DNA of 64,000 bases from contig NC_043009.1 in assembly GCF_006345805.1 (NCBI RefSeq), positions 50,592,001-50,656,000 of the forward strand, written 5' to 3'. The position numbers were made by a program, and so were the translations under genes. Below the pieces are notes generated by a model that searched no databases, was not told the DNA's origin, and saw only the letters and a program-made list of their open reading frames with translations. The DNA comes from Octopus sinensis. Lineage: Eukaryota. This document shows, piece by piece, positions 1-13,079 of this stretch (position 1 is the first letter of the stretch; every line of letters starts with the position of its first letter).

Positions 1-577
1 AGTGATGATGGCGTGAAAAGTAGACTCTGATAAAAAGCTGGTGATATCATAACTGAGCAATGATGACACTGGTGATGACAGTAGTGATGACATAAATAGT
101 TCTAGTAGTAATACAAAAATGAAAATAGATATTGCACAAATTTTTGCTATTCATTTTTGATATCTACTACTGTAACAATTATTATCAATACAACACTTTT
201 CAGTTTTCGTAACAATAACAATTGTTTTCTTTCACATTATCAACAACTAAAAATATTAATAAAATATAGGATTTTTGTATATATATGAATAAAAAATTAT
301 ATATATGTGTGTGTGTGTATATTTTACATATGTATGTATACATATACATTATCCACAAGTTTTATAAAATTTTAATATTGAAGACTATAAAAACATTTAC
401 AATTTTTCTTTTCTTTTATATGACCATCATCACTACCACTATCATCATTAACATGATTGTCATCAGCATTTCTTAGATGTATTAAAACTGTTTCTCTCCA
501 ATAAACAAAATAGAAATACGCTTTCAGTATGTACTTTGACAAAATAATTTTAAGAGTTTCCTAATACAAACTACTCA

Positions 578-630
<53 letters not shown>

Positions 631-787
631 GAGGAGAGAGAGAAAGGGAGAAAGAAATAAGCATGTGTGTAAATATATATATATAATGTATGTATGTGTA
701 TGTGTGTTGTATGTGTGTGCATATATATTCACATATACATACATATGTATACACATATATATACACATACATATATATACACATACT

Positions 788-1091
788 AATTTACAATTGA
801 AAAATAGGATAAAATCTTTATAAGAATTTATGAAGTAGTTAGCGTGAAAAACCTCATAAGAGTGAAAAACCTCATAAGAGTGAAAAACCTTATAAGCATG
901 AAAATCCTCATATGGTAGTTTTGACTTTAAGAGTCCCTCCTAGCGTGAGGCATTTATGTATACTAGTGCCCTTAACATAAATAAATATATTTAAGAGGAA
1001 AAATTGATGGATTTTTCCCTTATGAGGTTTTTTACGCTAACTACTTGATAAATTCTTATAAAGATTTTATTCTATTTTTCAATTGTAAATT
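788..1091. repeat. Inverted-repeat (fold-back) element with ~70-bp arms and an internal 18-bp x4 tandem; TA-associated repeat (MITE- or Penelope-like)
   Basis: AATTTACAATTGAAAAATAGGATAAAATCTTTATAAGAATTTATGAAGTAGTTAGCGTGAAAAACCTCATAAG (788-860) is the reverse complement of ~1019-1091 with few mismatches; GTGAAAAACCTCATAAGA is repeated 4x from 844. Confidence 0.75.
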
Positions 1092-1426
1092 TAACCAGAA
1101 TATATACAGTGCTCAATTTTATTCCAAATAAACACATATTACTGAGATGCAATTCAAAAAGCTCGCCTTTTACATAGATATATAAGGGTGAACAATTCTG
1201 TGTACTATGCTGGATACATTTGGTGTTCGTCTGGTATGTTGATATTTTGTTCATTTTTATGTATCATGAATTAAGCTTGCACTGAAGATTAAAAAGTGCA
1301 TTTTGTGCACTAATTATGAAATCATATGATATGCAGCTGAATTCTGTTTTTAAAATGCTCACTTCGAGAGTTGCATTCCCTCGAATTTGGTACAATTGTT
1401 TATTTATTATTACAATTGTTTATTTA

Positions 1427-1587
1427 TTAAGAGTCCCTCCTAGCGTGTGACATTTATGTATAGTAATGCCCTCAATATAAATAAATATATTTAAGAGGAA
1501 AAATTGTTGGATTTTTCCCTTATGAGGTTTTACACGCTAACTACTTGATAAATTCTTATAAAGGTCTTATCCTATTTTTCAATTGTA
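1427..1587. repeat. Direct duplicate of 927-1087 (third copy of the same repeat)
   Basis: TTAAGAGTCCCTCCTAGCGTG...TATTTTTCAATTGTA aligns with 927-1087 apart from scattered substitutions. Confidence 0.85.
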
Positions 1588-1650
1588 TACACACATATAT
1601 ATCTATATATACATATACACACACACACACATATATCTATATATACATAT

Positions 1651-1687
<37 letters not shown>

Positions 1688-1711
1688 CATACATATATAT
1701 ATGTATATATA

Positions 1712-1980
1712 TGGATTTCCACCTCTTTCGATCATTTTCAAATGCTATGTGTGGAGTTTCATTCAATACTGATACAGAATTGAGAGCTTGGCTAGATCAA
1801 TTTTACGAGATGAAATTGGGTGATTTCTACCAACGAGGTATTGAAAATTTTGTTGAATGCTGGGAAGAAGTTGTTAACAAGGGTGAATACATTGTTGACT
1901 AATTAGTTGTTATTTTTTATTAAACCTTTTAAAAAATTAAAATTTTTAAAAATGAAGGGAACTTAGTTGCCAACCAATTA
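1712..1980 (+). mobile_element. Mariner (mellifera-like) 3' fragment: transposase C-terminus plus right TIR
   Basis: Translation DFHLFRSFSNAM...FYQRGIENFVECWEEVVNKGEYIVD* matches the mariner C-terminus (D(Y/F)HLFRSL...FY..GI..L..RW..V...G.Y); ends in ...AACTTAGTTGCCAACCAA-TTA, whose reverse complement TTGGTTGGCAACTAAG resembles mellifera-subfamily TIRs. Confidence 0.85.
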
Positions 1981-2049
1981 TATACATATATATACACACG
2001 CATATATATATAAATATACATAAATATATACATACATATATATATATAT

Positions 2050-2080
<31 letters not shown>

Positions 2081-2497
2081 CATACATATATATATGAAAC
2101 ACACATTTTGAAATTTCAGTTGAAGACAAAAATAGCTTAAGATTCTTATTTTATTCTTCCGTATGTTATGAGCTTGCACTCAAAGACTGCTAAACACTTT
2201 ACATTACTAAATAAACAAAATTTCATGAAAAACTTCCAAAATGCCATGTTTTGTTAAGGTGGGTATTTATGATCAAATTATAAAAAAAAAAAAAAATGGA
2301 ATCTATAGTGCTTCTGACCAAAAATGCAGTAACAAACAGATAACCAGAGCAGAAAATTACAGATATTCTTATCTAGCTTGATTCTATGACTAGATTTTGG
2401 GGTAAAAGATTGTCACTGTTAAGATTTCTTTCTCTTTCACTCTTTTAAATTTAAGTATATTATATATAAATATATATATGTATATATATATGTATAT

Positions 2498-2530
<33 letters not shown>

Positions 2531-2801
2531 GCATTAGCAGAGAGTTTTGTAATTTTTTTCATTTCTCTATTAATTTCTAATCCATATTTATTATCTTGGC
2601 GCTATGCTTTAAGTTTGCCCTCAGGTCGCCTCCTGAAGCAACATACCAACAGAATTTGTCATAGAAGATGTTATCATGGAGAAGAAGTAAAACTAAAAAA
2701 ATAAAAATAAATGAAAAAATGTACTTTTATCATTTCTTATAAAATTTCTAATGTTATTGGGTCACCTATGGAACAGCTGCTGCCATTATACTGACTCTCT
2801 T

Positions 2802-2832
<31 letters not shown>

Positions 2833-2859
2833 CTATCTTTATTATTATTTTTTCTAGTG

Positions 2860-3182
2860 GCAGTTCTTCCAGGAGGCACATTTAATTAGAGGTTGACAGC
2901 CTAACAGAAATAGGCATAGTTCTTCCCTGAAAGTGCACAGGAAGCACATTTAATAAAGGTTGACAGTCTAACAGCCATGGGCACACCTCTTCTCTGAAAA
3001 GAGTACAGAAGATATGTTTAATAAAGGTTGACAGCCTAACAGCCATGAGCAAATTTCCTTCCTCAAAAGAGAACAAGAAGCATGTTTCATAAAGGGTTGG
3101 CCTCCTAACAGCTATGGGGACACATCTTCAAAAGGCTCAAGAGACATGTTTAATAAGGGTCGACAGACAAGCTGTTATGTGC
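2860..3182. repeat. Degenerate minisatellite, ~63-69-bp unit, ~5 copies
   Basis: Core TTTAATAAAGGTTGACAGCCTAACAGCCATG recurs, with GGTTGACAG-like words at 2891, 2958, 3026, 3095 and 3158. Confidence 0.8.
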
Positions 3183-3703
3183 ATATCTCTCATAAACACC
3201 AACATAAAACAACAAGAATCAATCTATTACAATACAGATATCAGTTGACAATGAATGAAGAGACTTCATAACACAATGATAAAAGAATTATACCAGGAAA
3301 GCATTTAAAAAATGAAAAATATAAATAAAGGGCTATGGAAAGAAGTTGCATCAGAGATTACCACACCACTATTTCAGCCCCCATTTGCCAAACTATTAAT
3401 CATTTCATCATTAAGTAGTAAATCTGACATTCTATTTATATCTACCAGATACTAAATATTTACACAACCATCTTAATTGTAGATGCAACTATATCTAAAA
3501 CCATATTGCTTCTTTAAATCAATCATTCTTCAATGCCCTCGTGATTTTGTACCATTAATTGTTTTTTTTTTATTGTTGTGTTCCTATAATTTGACAGTTT
3601 TGTTGTCAAAGCCAAGTACCTTAGCTCTTATGTTACCATATTTCTGAGAATACACTGCCTTTATAATGAATATTTTTGAAGATAATGAAAAATTTAGTAA
3701 AAT

Positions 3704-3858
3704 AGTGGCTGTGTGGTAAGAAGCTTGCTTCCCAACCACATGGTTCCAGGTTCAGTCCCTCTGCATGGCACCTTGGGCAAGTGTCTTCTACTGTAACCCT
3801 GAGCTGACCAATGCCTTGTGAGTGGATTTGGTAGATGGAAACTGAAAGAAGCCGATCG

Positions 3859-3899
<41 letters not shown>

Positions 3900-4107
3900 A
3901 TGTGTGTCTTTGTGTTTGTGTTTGTCCTTGCCACCACCACTTGACAACCTATATTTGTGTGTTTATGTTCCCTGTAACTTAGTGGTTCAACAAAACAGAT
4001 CGATAGAGTAAATACTTTAGTTGATTTCTTTGGCTAAAAAAAGAACCCTTAAAGTGCTCCAGCATGACTGCAGTCAAATGACTGAAAAAAGTAAACAAAT
4101 AAAAGAT
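3704..4107 (+). mobile_element. tRNA-derived SINE family A, older copy
   Basis: A-box TGGCTGTGTGG, B-box-like GGTTCAGTCCC, core GCCTTGTGAGTGGATTTGGTAGA(C/T)GGAAACTGAAAGAAGCC, internal (TG)n, tail CAGTCAAATGACTGAAA; CpG-decayed. Confidence 0.85.
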
Positions 4108-4108
4108 A

Positions 4109-4505
4109 GGCACAGGAGTGGCTGTGTGGTAAGTAGCTTGCTAACCAACCACATGGTTCCGGGTTCAGTCCCACTGCGTGGCATCTTGGGCAAGTGTCTT
4201 CTACTATAGCCCCGGGCCGACCAATGCCTTGTGAGTGGATTTGGTAGACGGAAACTGAAAGAAGCCTGTCGTATATATGTATATATATATATGTGTATGT
4301 GTGTGTGTTTGTCCCCCTAGTATTGCTTGACAACCGATGCTGGTGTGTTTACGTCCCTGTTACTTAGCGGTTCGGCAAAAGAGACTGATAGAATAAGTAC
4401 TGGGCTTACAAAGAATAAGACCCGGGGTTGATTTGCTCGACTAAAGGTGGTGCTCCAGCATGGCCGCAGTCAAATGACTGAAACAAGTAAAAGAGTAAAA
4501 GAGTA
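4109..4505 (+). mobile_element. SINE family A, young full-length copy
   Basis: Nearly identical to copies at 21372-21786(-) and 36708-37108(+); (AAAGAGT)n tail. Confidence 0.9.
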
Positions 4506-6719
4506 ATAAAAAAATTAAGCTAATGATTGTAACCTTAATCAACATGCAAATTTTATGGCAGGTTTTAATTTAGATTGCATTAAAGCAGGTAGTTTATATC
4601 ACAAAAACATGGGCATTCTCTGGTGGGTTAGTATTAAAAGGGGTTAATAGCAAACCGCCTTAGTATATCGATATATCCATCAATTAATTAGAAGTATATT
4701 TGTTCTTTGCTGCCCATATATGCATCACGGGGCCATAATATAAAGAAGAAAATTCCATGGAGAAAATTTTAAGATACAAACATGGTTTTGAGAGAGTAAT
4801 TATAAACTGACAGAGATTTAGGTGCACCAATGTGTGAGCATGTACACACATCAGCATATTTGAACGGATAACGATAGATGTAAATATTGAAAATGAAAAT
4901 CTGCAGAAAATATTTCTATTAGTTACACAAAATAGTTTGTATCTATTTTGGAATAAATGTGACAAAATAAATAAATAAATAGAAGAAATGAAATAAAATA
5001 GAACAAAGCAAGAAGAGAATGAAATTTGGGGGAAATGAGTGAGAAATACATTTTGTTGGTGTTATCCCTATTGGAATAATCTTTACACTCAAAGTAAATA
5101 AAAGAAATAAAAAAGAATACTTGAAATTGCAAAAAAAAAAAAAAAAAAAAGATATCTAGAGTTCAAAAAGCTATTATTGAAACTGAGAATATGAGAAGCC
5201 TTTTCCAGCAAGTATTGCTGCCAAGTGGTAATTATGTAAAGGGAAATCCACACATCATTAATGTGAGACTCTATAAGAGAAGATAATGCACTGAAGTATG
5301 CCAGGGACTAATATTGGCCAACAATGTCCACATGCAGATTGGCCATGTCACAGCCATCTGCCCAGTTTATTAATGGCAACTCACATGTCAAGCATAGCAT
5401 TCCACTCTTGCTAAGTTCCCAGTATGCTCAACTGGAAATTGAATGAAACAGGAGGAAAATAACAATGTAATGGGTATGGCATGGCGTCGGATATAGTTGG
5501 CGGAAATAAGGGTGGTAAATGGTATAATAATAATAATAGTAACGCTGATGATGATAACAACAACAACAGCAATAATAATGTTAGGAGTAATAATAACATC
5601 TATAATAAATGTGTAAAATAAAATATATATATATATAAATCATTAATAAAAAAAAAAGAAAGAAAAATGTCAAATATTTTCAACAAAACAGCTTGTCTAC
5701 AGCACCTCCCATCAGCAAATAGATTGTAGAAAGGATACCTTTGTGTACCAGTAATGGAATCGTAGATAGCAATATTTTTTGTTTAACATTTTATATTGTA
5801 GACACCCTTAGGGGTTGATAGTCACCCCAGTTTGCAGAATAATTCTGCAGGGACATCATCTTAAATCCTAATGAGTCAAATTATTTAAATAAAAGGTTTC
5901 CTTAGTAGCCATTAAGTTGCTTCACATTATTATTGCAGATTTTGTCGTTGCTATTATTATAATCATCATCATCATCATCATCGTTGTTTATACATTTTAT
6001 TTATTTTTTAACCATCATTTCTGCCTGGGAAGTAGAAAACAATGACCAGTAGGAAAGGAATGTGTGAAATAAAATCTAAAAACACAATTACAAGAAAGTT
6101 TTAAAAATGTATATGTAAGATGCAAGCCTTGGGTGTATAAAGAACTTTTAGGAAAGACCTTTTTATTTATTTATTTTTAAATATTTTTGGAAAATGTAAA
6201 AAATAAAACAAGGATAAAAAAATTGAAGAACCATTATATTTTTCTTTTGGCAATTTCCTTTGCTTTTTAATCAAGAAGCAATAAAAAAAATGCTGACCAA
6301 TTATTAAGACATGTAGAAAAATAGAATAGAATGATATAAAATAGAACAAAAAAATACAATCCTGGACTGTTTTATTTATTTTTACAATATGGAAAGCTAG
6401 TCTCCATAAGGATTCTTTCCACATAATGGCAGTACATTTTGATCAGCTATGAATTATGCTAGTTTGGTGGGGATAAAGTTAAAATGTTAAAATATTGTCT
6501 GCAACCAGAATATCTTTCATCAATGCTACTTTGGTAAAGAAATAAAAGAGTAAAATATTTTCTTGAGAACTACAAAAATAAAATAGTACTTAACACTGTA
6601 GTGGTAGTCGGAGAACATTGTGTTTTGGCAGAAAGGTATGACTTATTTTTTGTTTGCCTGTTTGTTTTTATAAGGGAGACAAATATCATGAGAAAAACAT
6701 TATCTGTCACATAAATGTT

Positions 6720-6930
6720 GGTCTTGATTCACAGAGGGGCTGACTCTGATAGAGTAGACGTGCTTATGATCAAAGTCCTTTCTTGTTCCCATATGCCATC
6801 TTTATTTTTTTTCCCCTCAAAAAGTGTACCCTAGAAAACATTATCCAATAAATGTGCCATAATATAAAACAGTAACATGTGATTTGAGGGAGATTTTTGG
6901 CTACTGCTTTTAGCAGAATGAATGACTGTT
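6720..6930 (+). mobile_element. Old interspersed repeat family F (unclassified SINE-like)
   Basis: Shared motifs TTATGATCAAAG..., ACATTATCCAAT, GATTTGAGGGAGATTT.GGCT.CT..TT.TAGCAG also seen at 15340-15420(-), 27040-27200(-), 33960-34520, 38200-38400(+) and 57890-58090(-). Confidence 0.55.
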
Positions 6931-8262
6931 TTCCACAGAAGGGTTTAGAACATAAAAAAATTCAGCTATTCATAACTAGAAAATTCTCAAATTTCCAACA
7001 TAACTTTAATGAAGCATTATTGTAATTTTATAAAAAAAAAAAAAAAAAAAAAGGGAAAAAGAAACGTTATTTTACTTAGTAATATTTCTATAACTTCAAC
7101 AGGAAAGAGCCTCATTGAAAATATTAACTTTGTTTCCTTTTACAGTCCACTAATAAACATTTTCCCTGTTTTTATTTTGTATCTAATTTATGCCAAAATA
7201 AAAGCTATGTACCACTGAGGAGTTCAGAATAAGATCAAAACATATCAACAATTTTTTTCTCTTGTCAGAAAAATGAAAATATTAGTCACTGACAATTTTT
7301 TTTCTCTAAAGCATATTTATTTTTACTTCATGCATTATTAACTCTTTAAATTCCTGTAGTATTTACTTTATATAAATCACCCAGTCCTAGTGCTGGTAGT
7401 CCAGCATAAAAATCATAAAAATATAACAATTATATGAAACTTGTAGACATGATATGATGATCATTGGTATACATTGTGAATGTGATCTTTACCTGTTAAC
7501 ATATCACTTGTCCAAGTAGGCTGAATACAGATAAGTTGATTACAGGTAGATATTTTTACACATATGTCCAAGATAACAATTGCTGAACATAGATTTGCTG
7601 TAGCAGAGTTTTGGTTGTCTCTGTAACATAGAAGCTGCACAGCTCTGTTAGAAAAGCATTCATCTCATCCATTGATATGATGAAGGTGGAGTTGCCCCAT
7701 TGATACACCCCTCTTGTATCAATGCCTTAATGCTCATCTTGATAAAAATTATTTCAGCAAGTTGGTAGAAAAATACTCAATGGGATTTTCTTCTAAATTC
7801 AAATGTTTTTACTGCCCATATCACTGGCAAAAACATTAATGCATTGACCAACAACATGATCAGAATCAATAAATCTTGATATCATTTAGTTCACTGGTAT
7901 GTACAGTTGGCACTGAAATATCACTAATCATTTTCTTGAAATACAAGCTCTGTCTAATTAAATTATTAATTAACAAATAAAATAAATAAATAAATCAATA
8001 ATAAATAATATCATCAAATTCTAACTCATACTTGAAATATTAACTTCTATGATGCTCCTGCATTGTAATTTTCATGGAGAGATGAGACAGTGAAGATGTC
8101 TGCAGAAATTGTTTTAGCCATTCTGAAATTGCTTAAACTACATACAACTCAAAGAGTAGTAATTTTATCCACAGTATTAAGCCAATTCTTTGTGTTGATA
8201 AACAAATGATTCAGTTTTTAGTACTTCCCACCCACCGAGACAAAACTGATATCCTAGAACCA

Positions 8263-8477
8263 AAGTGCCATGTAAAAAGCACTGGTATGGGTGCTGGTGC
8301 CACATAAAAAGCACCCAGTACACTCTGTAAAGTGGTTGGCATTAGGACGGACATCCAGCTGTAGAAACCAAGCCAAAACAGACTATCAAACCTGGTGTGG
8401 TCTCTGACCTTCCCAGTTCTTGTCAAGCTGTCCAATTCATGTCACAATGGAAAACAGACTGATGATGATGATGATGC
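8263..8477 (+). mobile_element. SINE family C with RTE-like (GAT)n tail
   Basis: GTGGTTGGCATTAGGA.GG.CATCCAGCTGTAGAAAC...TGTCCAA..CATG...ATGGAAAACAGAC-(GAT)n; related copies elsewhere in the window. Confidence 0.75.
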
Positions 8478-9174
8478 TATATTAAACATATCAATAAGTA
8501 TTGAAAACATAGCAATCTTACTATCACCTCATTCCAAAGTTACTAATCTGCAATATTGAAGCTTAACTCCAATAAAATAGAATAGGAAGCTGATCTCACA
8601 AGAGAACTTTCAGGAGCTTGTCTTTAACAGTGGCTTTCCATGCTGAGCACATGAAGAAAGTCAAACTTTTTCCCTTCATACTGTCACATTAGTCATACTA
8701 GCAACACTAACAATAAAATGAGATCTATAAAAATAATCACATTGAATATAAAGGTATAATTGATAATTTTCCTCCAGAACTTCTAAATATAGCATGTGAC
8801 TCTCATTAATGGTAAAAATATAGTGAAAGAACTTCCTCCAATTTCAGTCATAATCCTCAAATGCCATTTTTACAACTAATGGCTTTAATTTAAGAGTAAT
8901 TATGGCAATTTGGTTCTAATTAGGACGCTATTGCAGATTGTGATAACTATTAGAACTGCATGAATGGAGAAAGTTTGTTCTGTTGGCAGATTTTTATACT
9001 CAAAACACATCACCAAAAATTAATTCATAATTGTAAGGTAAGTTTGAAAACAACTTTCTCTTGATTAAAATTAAACCTAACTGAACTCTGCCCATGTTTC
9101 TCTCTCTCACACAGCTACAACCTCTCTCTCTTTTGGAGAGGCACAGAGCAGCTATACGCACACATACACACACG

Positions 9175-9328
9175 GCAGTAACTTCCACCTACCGAATTCA
9201 ATCACAAAGCTCCGGTCGGCTCGGGGCTATAGTGGAAGACACCTACCCAAAGTGACACGCAGTGGGACTGAACCCGAAACCATGTAGCTAGGAAGCAAGC
9301 TCCCTAACCACACAGCCATGCCCGCACT
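9175..9328 (-). mobile_element. SINE family A, 5' half
   Basis: Reverse complement of the head (GCATGGCTGTGTGGTTAGG...GGTTCAGTCCCACTGCGTG) and core. Confidence 0.8.
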
Positions 9329-12300
9329 TATTATATGTATTTTGCTACCAAATATGCTATTGACATTTGAGGGATACATGCCAATCCTCTAAAAGGTACA
9401 TAGCTATATATTTGACTCCTCTATAACTACTTAGTCAGTTGAGCTAATACTGTATTTGATATTATTCCAAATTGTCACAATGTCCTGGAGTAAAACAAAA
9501 AAGAATTGAGAACTTTGAATTATTTTGTGTTTAAACACCTGCAAAGGATTTGTAGCTTGTTAGCACTGTTCAATGCCAACATTGAGTGTAATAAAGTAAA
9601 TCGTGTTAGCATTTCTTTTATAGTATCAACATAGCATGCTACTTCTTGTTTGACCACCTCAGCTTTGCATCTTGATGATTTTCACAACTAGCACTCAAAA
9701 ATACCAGTTTCTGTTAGATAATCTAATTTTAAACAGTAGAATCTTTGACTAGTTCAAAGAGAAAAGTCTATTAAAAAAAGAAGAAAAAAAATTTCATCAG
9801 AATATAATAGCCATACACTGTAGCTGCTAAACTTCACTGGTCTGGACAAGCAATGTAATATCATAGCTCTAAATGATGCTAGGTCAATTATATTTATATT
9901 TCCCATGAAACTTCCCAATACAATGTGAAGCTAGCTTAATTGGAAACTATGAAAGTTCTCACAAATATGATGTACAATACATATCTTATTGCTTCAATGA
10001 AGTTCAGCTTCCTATCATGTTCTTCCTTCAGGTATATATGGCAAGATTACTCTCACCTTGCTTGTTAGATTCCTAATAGGAATTTAAACTTTTCAAAACT
10101 CAAATCAATAAGCTGACGATAGGTGGCATAATTATCAGTTAAGCCTTAGGCTACAGTTCACCAATCTACCACAAAGCACCATTTTCTATGTATAAGAATT
10201 ATTTAATTTTCTCACACATTACTTGATTTTAGAAAGGCAATGGTAGATAAGATCTAAGACATTTTAAAATATCTTTTATTCTTAAACAGACAGTTTCTTT
10301 TATATCCACACACATAGCCTTAATATTCCCTGCAAGTGTAAGGAGACAGAATTAATCAAAACAAAAATAACAAGCTATCAGTTACTACTAATATTGATAA
10401 ATTTCATTGTAAAACAGCAAGAAATATCTCAAAGAAACATAGTTATGGAAACAACAATGTATATATGTGAGTGTAACTGCATGCGGTTAAGTGTTTATTG
10501 CTATGCAAATATTTAAGACATCAATTAAGTTTTCTGTAGTGTATTCCCAAACAGATATAGGGTTTCATTTTGAAATCAACTTAACTAAACATATAACTTA
10601 GTTTGCATACCAACCACTAGTGGGAAAGGGAATTGTTAATTTAGAAACCAAATGTGAAGCCTTAGGCAATGGTCTTACAATTTCCATTACAAATTTACAT
10701 TAGAAAATGGCAAGACAAAATTTGTCTTCAGCCCCAATCCATGCAGTACTTTGATTATATCACCATGGAAACACAAGTTATACCATCTTTGATCCCTTCC
10801 TGAAGACATGTAACTCTTTCTATCATTAGTCAGAAGGAAAATAAACATAAAGCAAAATGCCATTAGTTATAATGAAATATGTAAATACAAGTAAGATTCT
10901 TTTTTCCTTTTAAAAATGTTTCGAATTAATAAACCAGTTTTATCACACATAAAAATGAAAATTAAAACTGAAAGAAAATTAGAAAAAGGTGAATAAGTAC
11001 AGTGATTTTGGTGTTGTGACATGCTAATTGCTATAATCAGCCATTAGTAATCTCTGAGGATATAAAGTGCTTCAAGATACTGATAACATTGGATAAACTG
11101 TTCGTTTAAGTAATGACCTTCTGCTTACCAAAGAATTTTGTCCAAATGACTATCTAATGGCATTTATTTTAATCTCTCCTACAGATTTATCAACTTTGCT
11201 CCTATTTCATAAATGCCATTATCATACCATACATGTCACTTTTAATCTAGAGATGATCATAATCAGTCCATAGAATTAAAACCAACCCTATTAGGAGCAC
11301 AATCCTGCAGCAAAACTAACAAGTTAAATATGAGACAACAGCTGAATTTTAACTGGGAGCCTCCCCGCGCCCCCAAACAACACCACCGCACAGATATACA
11401 AACTGTGTTTCAACTGAATTATTGAAACAGCAGCACATAATTAATGCACATTAACATAAGTACATTAAAATTAATAATTACTGTGGGGCATCTTAAATAC
11501 TGTATGTCAATCCTATTCCATTCATACAGTATCAGAATTGGTTGCAAAAGAGCCTTCAGTACATAATTTTCATAGAATCTAAATGCTATGAAAGTGACGC
11601 GTGTTTATACAAATCATAACAACATATAACTTACAATATTTTTATATGAATAAACTTTGATATATAGCTTCATTTTATGCAAAAATTATCTCAATTTATT
11701 CAGCAAAACTATATATTTCAAATTCTATTTGTTTATCCAAAGAGAGTTTACTAATGGAACTACAAATTAGAGGAAAAGGATGTGGTGAAAATACTGGCAA
11801 GGGTAATAGATAAATAAGAATTACAGAAAGTTTAACATTTTTGGATATTTCGGGGCAGAGATTTGAGTGTAGAGAGCCTTGTGAGGAAAAATAAAACTGA
11901 AGATACTGAGAAAAAGTAGGAAAGGAACTTAGAGAAGTTCATAAGTTTGGAAAAGTTTATGTGTTGTGAGGAGCCTAACATTTCTGTTTTTTTTATCTTT
12001 CCTTGTCTGAGAAAGACAAAACAAAAACAAAAAGGAATTGTTCAACCGAAAAGATAAAGAGATAGCTCACGAATGTAGATTGTTTTTTCCCCATGACATA
12101 CCAAATTATCCAAGCTTTCACAAACTTCACTGCATAAATTTTACTGATGCTCATCAGTTTTGTCAAAAACTGCTTTTAAATTGGAAACCTAAGCTGGGTA
12201 TATTTGTTACATATTTTACTTATATGCTGATTAAAATTGTTAAAGTAGTTACACGAGTTCAAACACTGCCTAAGAAAGAAGATAATACAGGAGAGAGAGG

Positions 12301-12432
12301 AGAGAGGGTAGGAGAAAGGGGAGAGAAAAATAAGAGAGAGGAGAGGAGATAGTAGAAAGAAGAGAAGAGAGAGTGAGAGAGAGAAGTTTTTCTTTTAAGT
12401 ATGTTACGTTAAAGAAAAACTGGTTAAAAAAA

Positions 12433-12592
12433 CTCGTCACTTAGGTTGACGAGAGAGGGATGACCTCCCTTTGCAAATACCATAAGGGCACAGAAAGTGT
12501 GCCTAAAGCCAGCTGGAGACGATGATCTCCTGGGGCTAAAAGCTACAGTAACACCCACCCTTAGTGGTTAGCCATATTGAGATGGCTGGTAT
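12433..12592. other. GC-rich multi-hairpin island (possible structured RNA or retroelement 5' UTR)
   Basis: Six consecutive short stem-loops plus an enclosing helix ATACCA/TGGTAT; see findings. Confidence 0.5.
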
Positions 12593-12707
12593 ACTTTACG
12601 TTGTTGAGCAGTTACTGTTTACATCTCATTCAGAGATTTATCATTGTTTGTTTAAATAATGTCCTTCATTAAACTTTTTTCCTATTACTTAATGACTGTT
12701 TTATATT

Positions 12708-13079
12708 TTAACTCTTTTACTTGCTTCAGTGATTTGACTTTAGCCATGCTGGAACACTGCCTTGAAAAGTTTTAGGACTTATTATTTTAAGCTTAGTACT
12801 TATTCTGTCTGAACCGCCAATGTTACGGGGACATAAACACACTAACATTGGTTGTCAAGCAGTGACAGGGGGACAAACACTGACACAAAGACAGACAAAC
12901 AGACAAACACACACACAATAGGCTTCTTTAAGTTTTCGTCTACCAAATCCACTCACAAGGCTTTGGTTGGCCTGAGGCTATAGTAGAAGACACTTGCCCA
13001 AGGTGCCATGTGGTGGGACTGAACTTGGAACCATGTGGTTGGGAAGACAGCTTCTTACAACACAGCTATGCCTGCCCCT
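12708..13079 (-). mobile_element. SINE family A, older full-length copy
   Basis: Reverse complement of the family A head, core and tail. Confidence 0.85.

Noticed and set aside
2860-3182. CRISPR-like look (30-bp core plus ~36-bp spacers)
   Set aside because: The spacers are homologous to each other, the cores are degenerate, the context is eukaryotic and there are no cas genes
3633-4333. Recurrent ORFs such as DRLLSVSVYQIHSQGIGRPGAIVEDTCPRCHAVGLNPEPCG and TPVRNWYLIYRPRKDERQSRPRRNLNSER
   Set aside because: They are translations of non-coding SINE families A and B, not a gene family
7400-8130. P-element/THAP9-like words on the minus strand (ASDMGSKN, ISMDEM)
   Set aside because: The motifs occur in the reverse order to P transposases and among many stops; not supportable without a profile search
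12487-12503. RNase MRP P8-like GARAR pentaloop hairpin
   Set aside because: The CR-I (GAAAGUCCCC) and CR-V elements are absent at the expected positions
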